From positions 1 through 53,249 of the IMG/VR virus record IMGVR_UViG_3300040811_001901: DNA of 53,249 bases. The stretch is one strand, 5' to 3'. The notes below the pieces were generated by a model. The model was not told where the DNA came from. It did no database searches and worked only from the letters and a program-made list of their open reading frames with translations. Made by a program: the position numbers and the translations under genes. Below, piece after piece: positions 38,732-46,272 of this stretch; positions within the stretch are counted from its first letter, which is position 1; each line of letters opens with the position of its first letter. The DNA is from a virus (Duplodnaviria > Caudoviricetes).

Positions 38732-40132
38732 TTAAGCTACTACGTCGAGTCGAACTACAGATACGTCAGCTGCAGTATCAGCTACGAGCTGGTTAAAGCC
38801 CAGAGACTGAGTAGCAACAATAACGTTACGCTGGTTCATTACTTCGTAATCTTGCTCAACATTTACACCACGCAGACGTGGGATTGCAAAGTTACGAACG
38901 TTGACTGCGAGACCAACACAAGCATCTTCAGCTTCCGCAGGGAAGTTGTCAGATACGATTACGGGCGTACCATAAATCGCACCTACTTGACCGGTCAGCT
39001 TGGTAGCAACGTCAGAACCTACATCAGTGATATCGGCAAAACCGGCATCAGCGATCAGATCGTAGTAACGCTTCTGAGATACAACATATACCAGCTCATC
39101 AGGCATCATGCCATACTTACCCATCAGCTTACGGGCTGAGAGGAAGTCGGCTGCGTCTACCGCAGTAGAAGCCAGAGCAGCAGCAGATACAGAAGTATCA
39201 AACGTATTCGTGCCAGCAAGCTTAATCAGACCATCAAAGTCATCAGAGCCGCCAGTAGCTACGTGGTTCAGCAGAGCATCGTCTACAGCGCGAGCGTGTG
39301 AACGTGCAACTGATTCTACGAGCATAGGCATCAGATTGATCAGGATTTCCTCGTCAACGTGGTTATCCATCAACGTGGTTGAAATCAATCGGTAAGCCTT
39401 CAGAACTACCTGAGCAGGCTGAGGAGCAGCGCCGCCTCGAGTCTGCAAATTACCTGAAGTAGCTGCACCAGTCTGGAACGTAGCCAGACCTGTATCCTGT
39501 TGGATGGGCAGTACTTGAGCTTGAGAATTGATCTGGATCTCACGGAACGCACGAGCCAGTCGCAGTTCACGCATGATTTCCTTCTCAATTTGGCTAGATA
39601 CTTCAGTAGCGATGTTAGGAGCAGAAGATGAATAAGTTACACCAGCTTTCTCAATGATACCGCGACCATAAGAAGTGCCTTCCATGCCCTTACCAGTCAT
39701 TACACCCAGCAGGTGAGCGTGCATGAACTCTTTGCCCCACTTAGAAATGGTGTCGCCTTCTGAACGATCAGAGAATACACGCTTAGACTCACGCATCTTG
39801 GTGATTTCTTCGCTCTTCTCTTCCAGTTGCTTCTGATACGACAGAATTACTTCGTCGATCTTAGCATCCTTCTCAGACAGCTTAGCTTCGATGTCAGCCA
39901 TCAGGCGCTCAGCACCTGACTCAACACCAACGCTTACAGCAGCCTTGACTTCTTCTTCTTGAGCAGCTTTCTCAGCAGCTTCAGCGGCCGCCTTCTCTTC
40001 TGCTTCTTGAGCTGCCTTTTCTTCGGCAGCCTTTGACTCAGCTTGCTTCATAGCGATCTTAGCAGCAGTCTCCTCTGCTACTTTCTTCGCAAAAGCTTCC
40101 AAGTCGACTTCGGGAGTTTGTACTTCCGACAT
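38732..40132 (-). CDS. major capsid protein precursor from internal in-frame start (466 aa)
   Basis: AAGAGGAG 6 nt upstream of in-frame ATG (Met204, MSEVQTPE). Confidence 0.7.
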   Translation of the reverse strand: MSEVQTPEVDLEAFAKKVAEETAAKIAMKQAESKAAEEKAAQEAEEKAAAEAAEKAAQEEEVKAAVSVGVESGAERLMADIEAKLSEKDAKIDEVILSYQKQLEEKSEEITKMRESKRVFSDRSEGDTISKWGKEFMHAHLLGVMTGKGMEGTSYGRGIIEKAGVTYSSSAPNIATEVSSQIEKEIMRELRLARAFREIQINSQAQVLPIQQDTGLATFQTGAATSGNLQTRGGAAPQPAQVVLKAYRLISTTLMDNHVDEEILINLMPMLVESVARSHARAVDDALLNHVATGGSDDFDGLIKLAGTNTFDTSVSAAALASTAVDAADFLSARKLMGKYGMMPDELVYVVSQKRYYDLIADAGFADITDVGSDVATKLTGQVGAIYGTPVIVSDNFPAEAEDACVGLAVNVRNFAIPRLRGVNVEQDYEVMNQRNVIVATQSLGFNQLVADTAADVSVVRLDVVA

Positions 40133-40741
40133 AATGATCTCCTCTTTCGCGGATTTTTCCGCTTCGTCCGGTGTTTCACTAGCTACCGATGAATTTTCAT
40201 CCTTAGCCAGAGACTGACCGGCTAGATCTACACGATTGGTGAAAGTTTTCTTGAACTCATTATACTCTTCCATAGAGTCAAATGACTTCGCCAGAGAAAA
40301 AGTTGCTGCTTGATTACAGGGTACGGAAACAACCGACACCTCAAACAACTCAGCATCCTTAATCTTTAATCCGTCAGTTTCCGTTAGATAATCAGCATCC
40401 TTGACTCGGAAACCAACAGAAAAAGCTCCAAGAATGCCTTCTTTTACAAGTTGCGCCACATGGTCAGGCGCGGATTTAGAAATTTTCGCCTTTAATTCAA
40501 GACCGTTTTCAGTGACTTTAAGTCCTGTTGCGCGTCCGATCGGCTTGTTATAGTCATGATTGAAAAGAATAATAGGATTCTTTTCAAAGTTGTTCAGACC
40601 ACCCTTAGTCCACGCCTCTGCGTCAATTGTATCTCCAGCACGATCAAAATCACTCGTACTCGCCATACCACAGATGTGAACTCCTCCATCATCCTCATCG
40701 AGAGCTTTGAAAGTGGAGGTAAGATTAAAAATCTTTTCCAT
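38732..40741 (-). CDS. prohead protease - scaffold (delta) domain - HK97-fold major capsid protein fusion
   Basis: Protease motifs LFNHD, FSVGF, EVSVVSVPCN; charged coiled coil; capsid motifs G.IYGTPVIVSD, NVEQDY; no stop between them. Confidence 0.9.
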   Translation of the reverse strand: MEKIFNLTSTFKALDEDDGGVHICGMASTSDFDRAGDTIDAEAWTKGGLNNFEKNPIILFNHDYNKPIGRATGLKVTENGLELKAKISKSAPDHVAQLVKEGILGAFSVGFRVKDADYLTETDGLKIKDAELFEVSVVSVPCNQAATFSLAKSFDSMEEYNEFKKTFTNRVDLAGQSLAKDENSSVASETPDEAEKSAKEEIIMSEVQTPEVDLEAFAKKVAEETAAKIAMKQAESKAAEEKAAQEAEEKAAAEAAEKAAQEEEVKAAVSVGVESGAERLMADIEAKLSEKDAKIDEVILSYQKQLEEKSEEITKMRESKRVFSDRSEGDTISKWGKEFMHAHLLGVMTGKGMEGTSYGRGIIEKAGVTYSSSAPNIATEVSSQIEKEIMRELRLARAFREIQINSQAQVLPIQQDTGLATFQTGAATSGNLQTRGGAAPQPAQVVLKAYRLISTTLMDNHVDEEILINLMPMLVESVARSHARAVDDALLNHVATGGSDDFDGLIKLAGTNTFDTSVSAAALASTAVDAADFLSARKLMGKYGMMPDELVYVVSQKRYYDLIADAGFADITDVGSDVATKLTGQVGAIYGTPVIVSDNFPAEAEDACVGLAVNVRNFAIPRLRGVNVEQDYEVMNQRNVIVATQSLGFNQLVADTAADVSVVRLDVVA

Positions 40742-41052
40742 TAGTCTTCACTCTTTTCTTCTGCCGGAGCAGCCTTGCTCAGAGCTTCTAGTGGATCTTT
40801 TTTAGGCTCTGGTGCAGGTTTCGGAGCAGGTGCTGGCTCCGGTTTCTTACCCAATTCGGGGTGCTTCAATTTAAGTGCATGAGTAAGGAACTTCCATGCC
40901 TTAAAACTTCTTTTTACCGAAATAGCGTGAATAGCATCTTTCGATCCTACAATATTCATATATGATTTGTAGTCAATATCAAGAGGTAGCTCAAACTCTT
41001 TAAAGTGCTTATATGCTGTGTCCAGCACAAGTTGCTTTTGTCGAACTGCCAT
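40741..41052 (-). CDS. hypothetical protein with Pro/Ala linker
   Basis: Coupled start/stop overlaps between portal and protease. Confidence 0.7.
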   Translation of the reverse strand: MAVRQKQLVLDTAYKHFKEFELPLDIDYKSYMNIVGSKDAIHAISVKRSFKAWKFLTHALKLKHPELGKKPEPAPAPKPAPEPKKDPLEALSKAAPAEEKSED

Positions 41053-42239
41053 TAATCTTCTCCTTCTTCAATAGGGCGACCACCCTCGTCTGGATTTGTT
41101 GCACTTCCTGCAATATTTGCAGGTACTCTTAAGTCATCAAATCCTTCAATCAGCTCGAAGTTAAGTGCTTCACGAGCTTCGTTTGGACTAATAATGCCAG
41201 TATTAACAAGAGCTGAGTAATACTGTGCTTGATCTCGAAGTTCCGGCTGCAGTGCTGGAATTTCAGTCACGTCTTCGGTTAACTCAAAACCAAAATATCT
41301 TTCAAGAGCAAGGTTAATTTTTTGTACTATGGGAAGAATTGTCTCAAGGTAGTACATTCGCATATTTGGGCGAAGATTTGCATTATTACCTGAGTCAAGC
41401 ATGATCGGGGGTATACCCAGAGCTTTTAGAATAATCTTCTCATTTTCAGAAATTGCCGCTTGAAAATCTAATTCTCTGAAGTTTACATTTGAGATGGAAT
41501 CTACTTCAATTCCGCCATCAAGAATAAGAGGTCTACGACCCCCTGCATCAGGACGGTATCGGGCTGTCCAAGATTGAATCATGCGCTCTTTAATTTTTTC
41601 AGACAAGGTGTTAGGAGACTTAAGTACAAGACCCGGAACAGCTCCATTCTTAAAGAAGTTGTCTTGGAAGTCCCGCATATTCTTCATAAGAACCATTGTC
41701 CGGAGCGCAGGCTTCAATCGAGAAACTCCTCTATAGATTGAGTAGAAAGAGTTTTCCTTAATATGAATAATCTCACTTGGAGAATAATTCACAGCTTCAT
41801 TATAAGTAAACTTATCAATATAAGTTGTTTCACTTGCATGAATAGTCATTTTACTTGCAGGCAAGTGATAAAGATGTACTCCATCGAAGTAAATAAAGAC
41901 GTTTCCATCTATAATATAATCTGTAATTAGATTCCGACGAAATGTGCTAATATCCTGAAAAAGGTTTGGTTCTTTGTTCAAAAGAAGATTTACTCTTGAA
42001 CGCTTAATGCCTTTTACTACACTATTCCCAGGAGATTGTAGTCCGACTTTTACATCTATCTCTGCACAATCGTCTACAATCATATTTACGCCACGATTAA
42101 CGATTTCTAAATCTTCATACGCTCGCTCGTAGCTAAACGTAGGCTCTCGTGACGAGATAGTTTTCTCGGTAAAATATGGCTGTGCAGGATTTAACTTTTC
42201 CTCCACATCTTTATTCTGCCAAAAGTTATACCAAGCCAT
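41052..42239 (-). CDS. portal protein (HK97/T5-like)
   Basis: EIIHIK, GVSRL, FFKNGAVPG, ALGIPPIML, GIISPNEAR. Confidence 0.92.
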   Translation of the reverse strand: MAWYNFWQNKDVEEKLNPAQPYFTEKTISSREPTFSYERAYEDLEIVNRGVNMIVDDCAEIDVKVGLQSPGNSVVKGIKRSRVNLLLNKEPNLFQDISTFRRNLITDYIIDGNVFIYFDGVHLYHLPASKMTIHASETTYIDKFTYNEAVNYSPSEIIHIKENSFYSIYRGVSRLKPALRTMVLMKNMRDFQDNFFKNGAVPGLVLKSPNTLSEKIKERMIQSWTARYRPDAGGRRPLILDGGIEVDSISNVNFRELDFQAAISENEKIILKALGIPPIMLDSGNNANLRPNMRMYYLETILPIVQKINLALERYFGFELTEDVTEIPALQPELRDQAQYYSALVNTGIISPNEAREALNFELIEGFDDLRVPANIAGSATNPDEGGRPIEEGED

Positions 42240-42591
42240 GCTTTCCTCTTTGAATCTCTACCCAACGTTTTTGTTTAGGCGCTGAATGTAGTGTTGGGTT
42301 ACGCCCATAAATTGAATGCAATTTTAAGTGGTGCGCATGACATATTGTGACAGTTTCATCATACAACTCTTCAATATGCTCGTTAATAAACTCATCTCTA
42401 AAGTCCCGAATATCCTCCATGTGGTAACCTTTTTCTTTAACCCACTTTTGAAGGAGAGGACTCAAACTGTAATAGTGATGAAAGTCGAGTTCAGTATCTA
42501 CGCCACAAATGTAGCACTCTGACCCTTTCTCATACCTTGCTTTTGCTTTGTCCCGAATATACTTTACGGGATCTCGTTTTAGCTCTGTCAT
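42226..42591 (-). CDS. HNH endonuclease (T5 nicking-endonuclease-like)
   Basis: CYIC...FHH...CHAHHLKLH; lies between terL and portal. Confidence 0.75.
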   Translation of the reverse strand: MTELKRDPVKYIRDKAKARYEKGSECYICGVDTELDFHHYYSLSPLLQKWVKEKGYHMEDIRDFRDEFINEHIEELYDETVTICHAHHLKLHSIYGRNPTLHSAPKQKRWVEIQRGKHGLV

Positions 42592-42619
42592 CTTTGAATC
42601 TATTACTTTTAATAACGAA

Positions 42620-42648
42620 ATTATATCGTGAGGGAACTAAATTGTCAA
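42620..42648 (-). promoter_or_regulatory. consensus sigma70 promoter for the head operon
   Basis: TTGACA-17-TATAAT. Confidence 0.85.
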
Positions 42649-42670
42649 CTACTATTTTTCTGTGGTCCCT

Positions 42671-43975
42671 TCAGAAGCCCGTAGAAGAAGTTTCAAATGA
42701 ATATAACGCATATCGAAGTGCATCTGCCATGTGTGATGCCATATTGTGTTTTGGTTTTTCTCGTGCTAGATTTGGATTGGGGTCCCACTGATACTGGTCA
42801 AGAGCAGAAAGACTTTCCTTGCATCTTTGGTCTACTACCAATTTATCATTGTCAACAATGCCAGCCACATGAGCAATACCATCAAGTACAGACTTCTTGG
42901 CATTTGTGGTAGTAATATCAAAGTTCTGAGCAAAGTCAAATCGAGTTTGCTGAGCCGCTGAGTCAATGAAGATATAATCAATATCCCACTTTTCCATAAG
43001 TCTACGAATCTCTGTCGCGTGTTGTTCAGTAGTTTTTTCAGCATCTAAGTACTCGTCGAGTAAATAGTACTTTTCTTCGTCCCAGTCGTACGCCAAAACG
43101 CAAAAGGCAGTGGGATCTCTATACCCCACATCAAGCCCAGCGAATATATCCATGTTTGAAATTTGGAATTCTTCCAAGTTCTCAATACACTCTTCGTGGT
43201 TAAAGTTCCAAATCTGTCCCTCATAGGTATTGAAATCGGCTTCATATTCTTGTTTGAATTCGGCTTCGGACATACTTTTTCGAGCTTCCGAGATATCGCT
43301 TTCAGACATGCGAGGATTATCCTTATAAGTTGCTCGTATCGAAGCCCACTCTGGAAATTCATCTGTAAACCCCCTATTAAAAAATTCTGCAAACCAGTTA
43401 TTTTTTCCTCGAGGAGTAGAAATAAAAAGTGCTTTTGAATTATCTTTGTCAAGTGTAGGACGTAGTGCAACATTGAAAGCTTCTTTTCCATCTGCCAACG
43501 CTGCTTCGTCAAATATAATAAGATCGTAACTTCTGCCTACACAGGAATCGACCTGATTGATGGATCCCATCCGAATGGTGGAACCGTTAGTTAGCTCAAT
43601 TACTTTATCTTTCGCATTATCCTTTGCAACCTCTAAATCAAAATGTTTGATAAGCTGTCGCTGAAGGTCGAAAGAAATCTGAGACAAGGCGTAGTTCGGA
43701 GACATAATTAATATGTGTGAACCAGGAACTAGTGATACTAGCTGCCCAATTATATTTGCGATATACGTTTTGCCTTGCCTTCGAGAAATAGCTGCCGTGA
43801 CAAAACGGTATTTATTGTTATTAATCGCATTTATGATCGCCATTTGAGACGGAAGAGGTGTAACGCCGAGTAGATCCAAATAAGGATCTACTGGAAGTTT
43901 GAGAAACCTCGTCTCAGATTGAAAATCGACAATGTGCTCGGAGATTAAATCTCTTCTACTTATTTCTACTGCCAT
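42671..43975 (-). CDS. terL: terminase large subunit
   Basis: SRRQGKT Walker A, LIIFDEAA Walker B, ISTPRG, GLDVG, HMADALRY. Confidence 0.95.
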   Translation of the reverse strand: MAVEISRRDLISEHIVDFQSETRFLKLPVDPYLDLLGVTPLPSQMAIINAINNNKYRFVTAAISRRQGKTYIANIIGQLVSLVPGSHILIMSPNYALSQISFDLQRQLIKHFDLEVAKDNAKDKVIELTNGSTIRMGSINQVDSCVGRSYDLIIFDEAALADGKEAFNVALRPTLDKDNSKALFISTPRGKNNWFAEFFNRGFTDEFPEWASIRATYKDNPRMSESDISEARKSMSEAEFKQEYEADFNTYEGQIWNFNHEECIENLEEFQISNMDIFAGLDVGYRDPTAFCVLAYDWDEEKYYLLDEYLDAEKTTEQHATEIRRLMEKWDIDYIFIDSAAQQTRFDFAQNFDITTTNAKKSVLDGIAHVAGIVDNDKLVVDQRCKESLSALDQYQWDPNPNLAREKPKHNMASHMADALRYALYSFETSSTGF

Positions 43976-43984
43976 GTTACCTTC

Positions 43985-44161
43985 TTATTTTTCTTTGGCT
44001 TTTCCGATATTCAATGCAAATACATCAATCCACTTATAAAACTTTGCCCATAGTTTATCATCCATAGGCGTGGGAGTTGTTGCTGCAATTGCAGAACAAA
44101 CACAACAAATTACAGGAAGTGCATATAGTATGTCAAACACTGTTAAAATAAAACTGATCAT
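43985..44161 (-). CDS. 58-aa membrane protein, holin-like (not in ORF track)
   Basis: MISFILTVFDILYALPVICCVCSAIAATTPTPMDDKLWAKFYKWIDVFALNIGKAKEK; ATGA overlap with the upstream gene. Confidence 0.65.
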   Translation of the reverse strand: MISFILTVFDILYALPVICCVCSAIAATTPTPMDDKLWAKFYKWIDVFALNIGKAKEK

Positions 44162-44481
44162 TTCTTACCGCTCCATGCTTGGGCACCAAAAAAGGCAGCC
44201 ACTAAGCCTGCGACAGCGACAAAGTATGTCGGTGCCATATCACCAAGAATGCTGGAAGCTTTTTCTAGCCCAGCAACATCAGCAATAACAACAGCGAAGG
44301 GATACAACAACATACCAGCAAGAGAGAACCAAGCCATATTTCGTTGTGCATCTCGCATTGCATCTTGATCTTCAAGTTCTTTACGTTTAAACTCAAGATA
44401 CAATGCCTCTTCTTCGGGACTTACTTTGCCATCCCCATTTGAATCTGCAGGATGAAAACTTTTTTCTTCACTCATTACCAC
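44158..44481 (-). CDS. two-TM membrane protein with EF-hand-like loop, holin-like
   Basis: DSNGDGKVSPEE loop, two hydrophobic helices, basic C-terminus. Confidence 0.65.
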   Translation of the reverse strand: MVMSEEKSFHPADSNGDGKVSPEEEALYLEFKRKELEDQDAMRDAQRNMAWFSLAGMLLYPFAVVIADVAGLEKASSILGDMAPTYFVAVAGLVAAFFGAQAWSGKK

Positions 44482-44780
44482 TTCACCTTGTCAGCCCAGT
44501 ATGCTGCCGACATCTTGCCCTTTGCAATGTTTCTACGATGACGAGCCTTAAAAGATGCACGCTTTTTCTTCATTGCTGTAGACTCTCCTTTCCTCGGCTT
44601 TCCTGCAGTTTTTGCTCCCTGCTGACCGAAACGAATAGTCTTAATTTTTGACCCAACTTTTGCCACAACAATATGTGACTTTTTTGGATGGCTAGGAGTA
44701 CGTTTTGGTTTATTAAACCCCGGTACTCCTGCTCTCTTTAAGCGAGGGTCTCGCTTTTTACCTTTTCTTTTTGCCGCCAC
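44475..44780 (-). CDS. small highly basic protein
   Basis: K/R-rich; KTIRFGQQG...RASFKARH...SAAYWA motif. Confidence 0.75.
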   Translation of the reverse strand: MAAKRKGKKRDPRLKRAGVPGFNKPKRTPSHPKKSHIVVAKVGSKIKTIRFGQQGAKTAGKPRKGESTAMKKKRASFKARHRRNIAKGKMSAAYWADKVKW

Positions 44781-45051
44781 GTCTCATTCTCGCTTTCCGC
44801 TTGGTGAAAGTTTTCACCATAGTCGGCTTGCCACCTGGGTTACCTGCTGCTCTCTTACGACGAATCGCAGACCTTTTCTGCGCTTTTGTCATGCGAGCAG
44901 CTTTTGAAGCAGGCACACATTTAGGGTACTTTCCTTTTTTCGAAGTTTTACGGCCACAAGGCATATATCCCCCGCCCTTTTTTGGACGAGAGATATCTAC
45001 CCACTTCTCTTTAAACCATTTTGTTAAACCACCACTTGGTTTACGTGCCAT
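44758..45051 (-). CDS. small highly basic protein
   Basis: GGLTKWFKEKWVDI...CGR...YPKCVP. Confidence 0.75.
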   Translation of the reverse strand: MARKPSGGLTKWFKEKWVDISRPKKGGGYMPCGRKTSKKGKYPKCVPASKAARMTKAQKRSAIRRKRAAGNPGGKPTMVKTFTKRKARMRRGGKKKR

Positions 45052-45210
45052 TTACTTTTTCCTGCGCTTCTTCATAATGGCTGCACGAAGTGCTGGAGGT
45101 AACTTTTTCTGCTTTGCAGTCAAACCTCCCATAGACTTTTTCTTTTTACCACCGCGCTTTTTGCCTTTCATTGGCTTTTTCTTTTTACCATGTCCATAAT
45201 GTCCTGGCAT
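45052..45210 (-). CDS. 52-aa Lys-rich protein (not in ORF track)
   Basis: MPGHYGHGKKKKPMKGKKRGGKKKKSMGGLTAKQKKLPPALRAAIMKKRRKK; fills the gap exactly, with a GGAG RBS. Confidence 0.7.
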   Translation of the reverse strand: MPGHYGHGKKKKPMKGKKRGGKKKKSMGGLTAKQKKLPPALRAAIMKKRRKK

Positions 45211-45395
45211 TATTTACTCCCCATGCGGTATTTACCGCCTCGTGCCTTGTAAGTTTTCACAAGCCACCCATTTGCGTAAGCTGAAGGATATACCTTAAAC
45301 TTCCTCTTTGCTTCCGCTTTCACTCTCGAGTACAACTTCTTGTTTGTCGGCACTGGTTTCTTTTTTGCCGTTTTACGTCTTCGACGAGCTGCCAT
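45210..45395 (-). CDS. small highly basic protein
   Basis: PTNKKLY..VK...K.KFKVYPSAYANGWLVK.YK.RGG.Y. Confidence 0.75.
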   Translation of the reverse strand: MAARRRRKTAKKKPVPTNKKLYSRVKAEAKRKFKVYPSAYANGWLVKTYKARGGKYRMGSK

Positions 45396-45408
45396 CTAGT
45401 TTCTCCAT

Positions 45409-45488
45409 GTAGCAATTATGCTTCTAGGGAAGATAAGAATACTTTTCTTTCCAGTGCTCTACTTCATCTAAGTAGCAATTATGCTTCT
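45409..45488. repeat. 17-bp direct repeat, 63-nt period
   Basis: GTAGCAATTATGCTTCT at 45409-45425 and 45472-45488. Confidence 0.85.
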
Positions 45489-45633
45489 GGCTTTGAGCCC
45501 ACGAAAGCTCTTGAATTAAACGATTATACCATTGTTTATCGTATTCATTATGAGCTTTATTCATATCTTCCGAGAGCTGAGATATGCGAACCTCAAGATA
45601 CTCGTAAATATCTGGTTGCCTACCGCGTCTCAT
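45424..45633 (-). CDS. hypothetical protein
   Basis: 69-aa ORF abutting the upstream stop; KQWYNRLIQEL.W. Confidence 0.6.
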   Translation of the reverse strand: MRRGRQPDIYEYLEVRISQLSEDMNKAHNEYDKQWYNRLIQELSWAQSQKHNCYLDEVEHWKEKYSYLP

Positions 45634-45942
45634 TTACCAAGAAACGCCAGTGCCAGACGTAGGTGTAGCTTTCTCTGCGATCTGTGCATCAATAGCCGCC
45701 TCTGTAGCCGCTACTTGCTCGTCACCCAGAGCTGCCTTAGCCCAGCCAACAGCCGTAGCTTCAGTAATGTCAGCCCACTCTACAAACGACTCACCCGGAG
45801 CCTCAAGGCCAACAGTGCCATATGAAGAGCCAGAGTTATCTCCGTCCTCTTTAGATACACGCCAGTGTACGGTATTGACTACGTTGGTGTGTCCGTCTTG
45901 TGAAACGGTGTAGTCCATTGCTGATACAGTCCAGTTAAACAT
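45634..45942 (-). CDS. small fibre-associated protein
   Basis: AGGAG RBS; W.V..MD...NVV..VHW pattern; ends in W. Confidence 0.7.
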   Translation of the reverse strand: MFNWTVSAMDYTVSQDGHTNVVNTVHWRVSKEDGDNSGSSYGTVGLEAPGESFVEWADITEATAVGWAKAALGDEQVAATEAAIDAQIAEKATPTSGTGVSW

Positions 45943-45972
45943 AGTTTATTCTCCTTTAAATAGCCGCAATAA

Positions 45973-46227
45973 TTAAGGCGTAGGTGCCTCTGCTTGTGCT
46001 GCTTGCCATGCTGAAATAATATCAGCAGTGTGTACAGCGGCGCAGATCGCCTGTACTTCTGCACTTTCATTTGTTGTATCATCGCCTGGATTTATTACGT
46101 GACGATGAAAACTTCTTGAAAGTTCTACATCGTCTCGCTCAATAACCGTAGCTGTTCGTACTTGTACGTGCTTAAATGCGCCTATAATTTCGATTTTATC
46201 TTCTTCTGTTCTCTCTGTTAAAGCCAT
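45973..46227 (-). CDS. small fibre-associated protein (MALTE..EEDKIE...SRSFHRHV)
   Basis: AAGGAG RBS within the 41-bp element; follows an LDDYEEGTW fibre. Confidence 0.75.
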   Translation of the reverse strand: MALTERTEEDKIEIIGAFKHVQVRTATVIERDDVELSRSFHRHVINPGDDTTNESAEVQAICAAVHTADIISAWQAAQAEAPTP

Positions 46228-46231
46228 TGCT

Positions 46232-46272
46232 TTTCTCCTTTGGTCCGCCCCAATCTCCGAGTGGGGTAATTA
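46232..46272 (-). repeat. 41-bp intergenic element, copy 2
   Basis: 39/41 identical to 8524-8564. Confidence 0.9.

Noticed and set aside
45424-45426. Amber (TAG to Gln) recoding suggested by CAG/TAG at the 17-bp repeat
   Set aside because: Long ORFs are intact under the standard code, and several core genes (capsid, tail terminator) end at TAG
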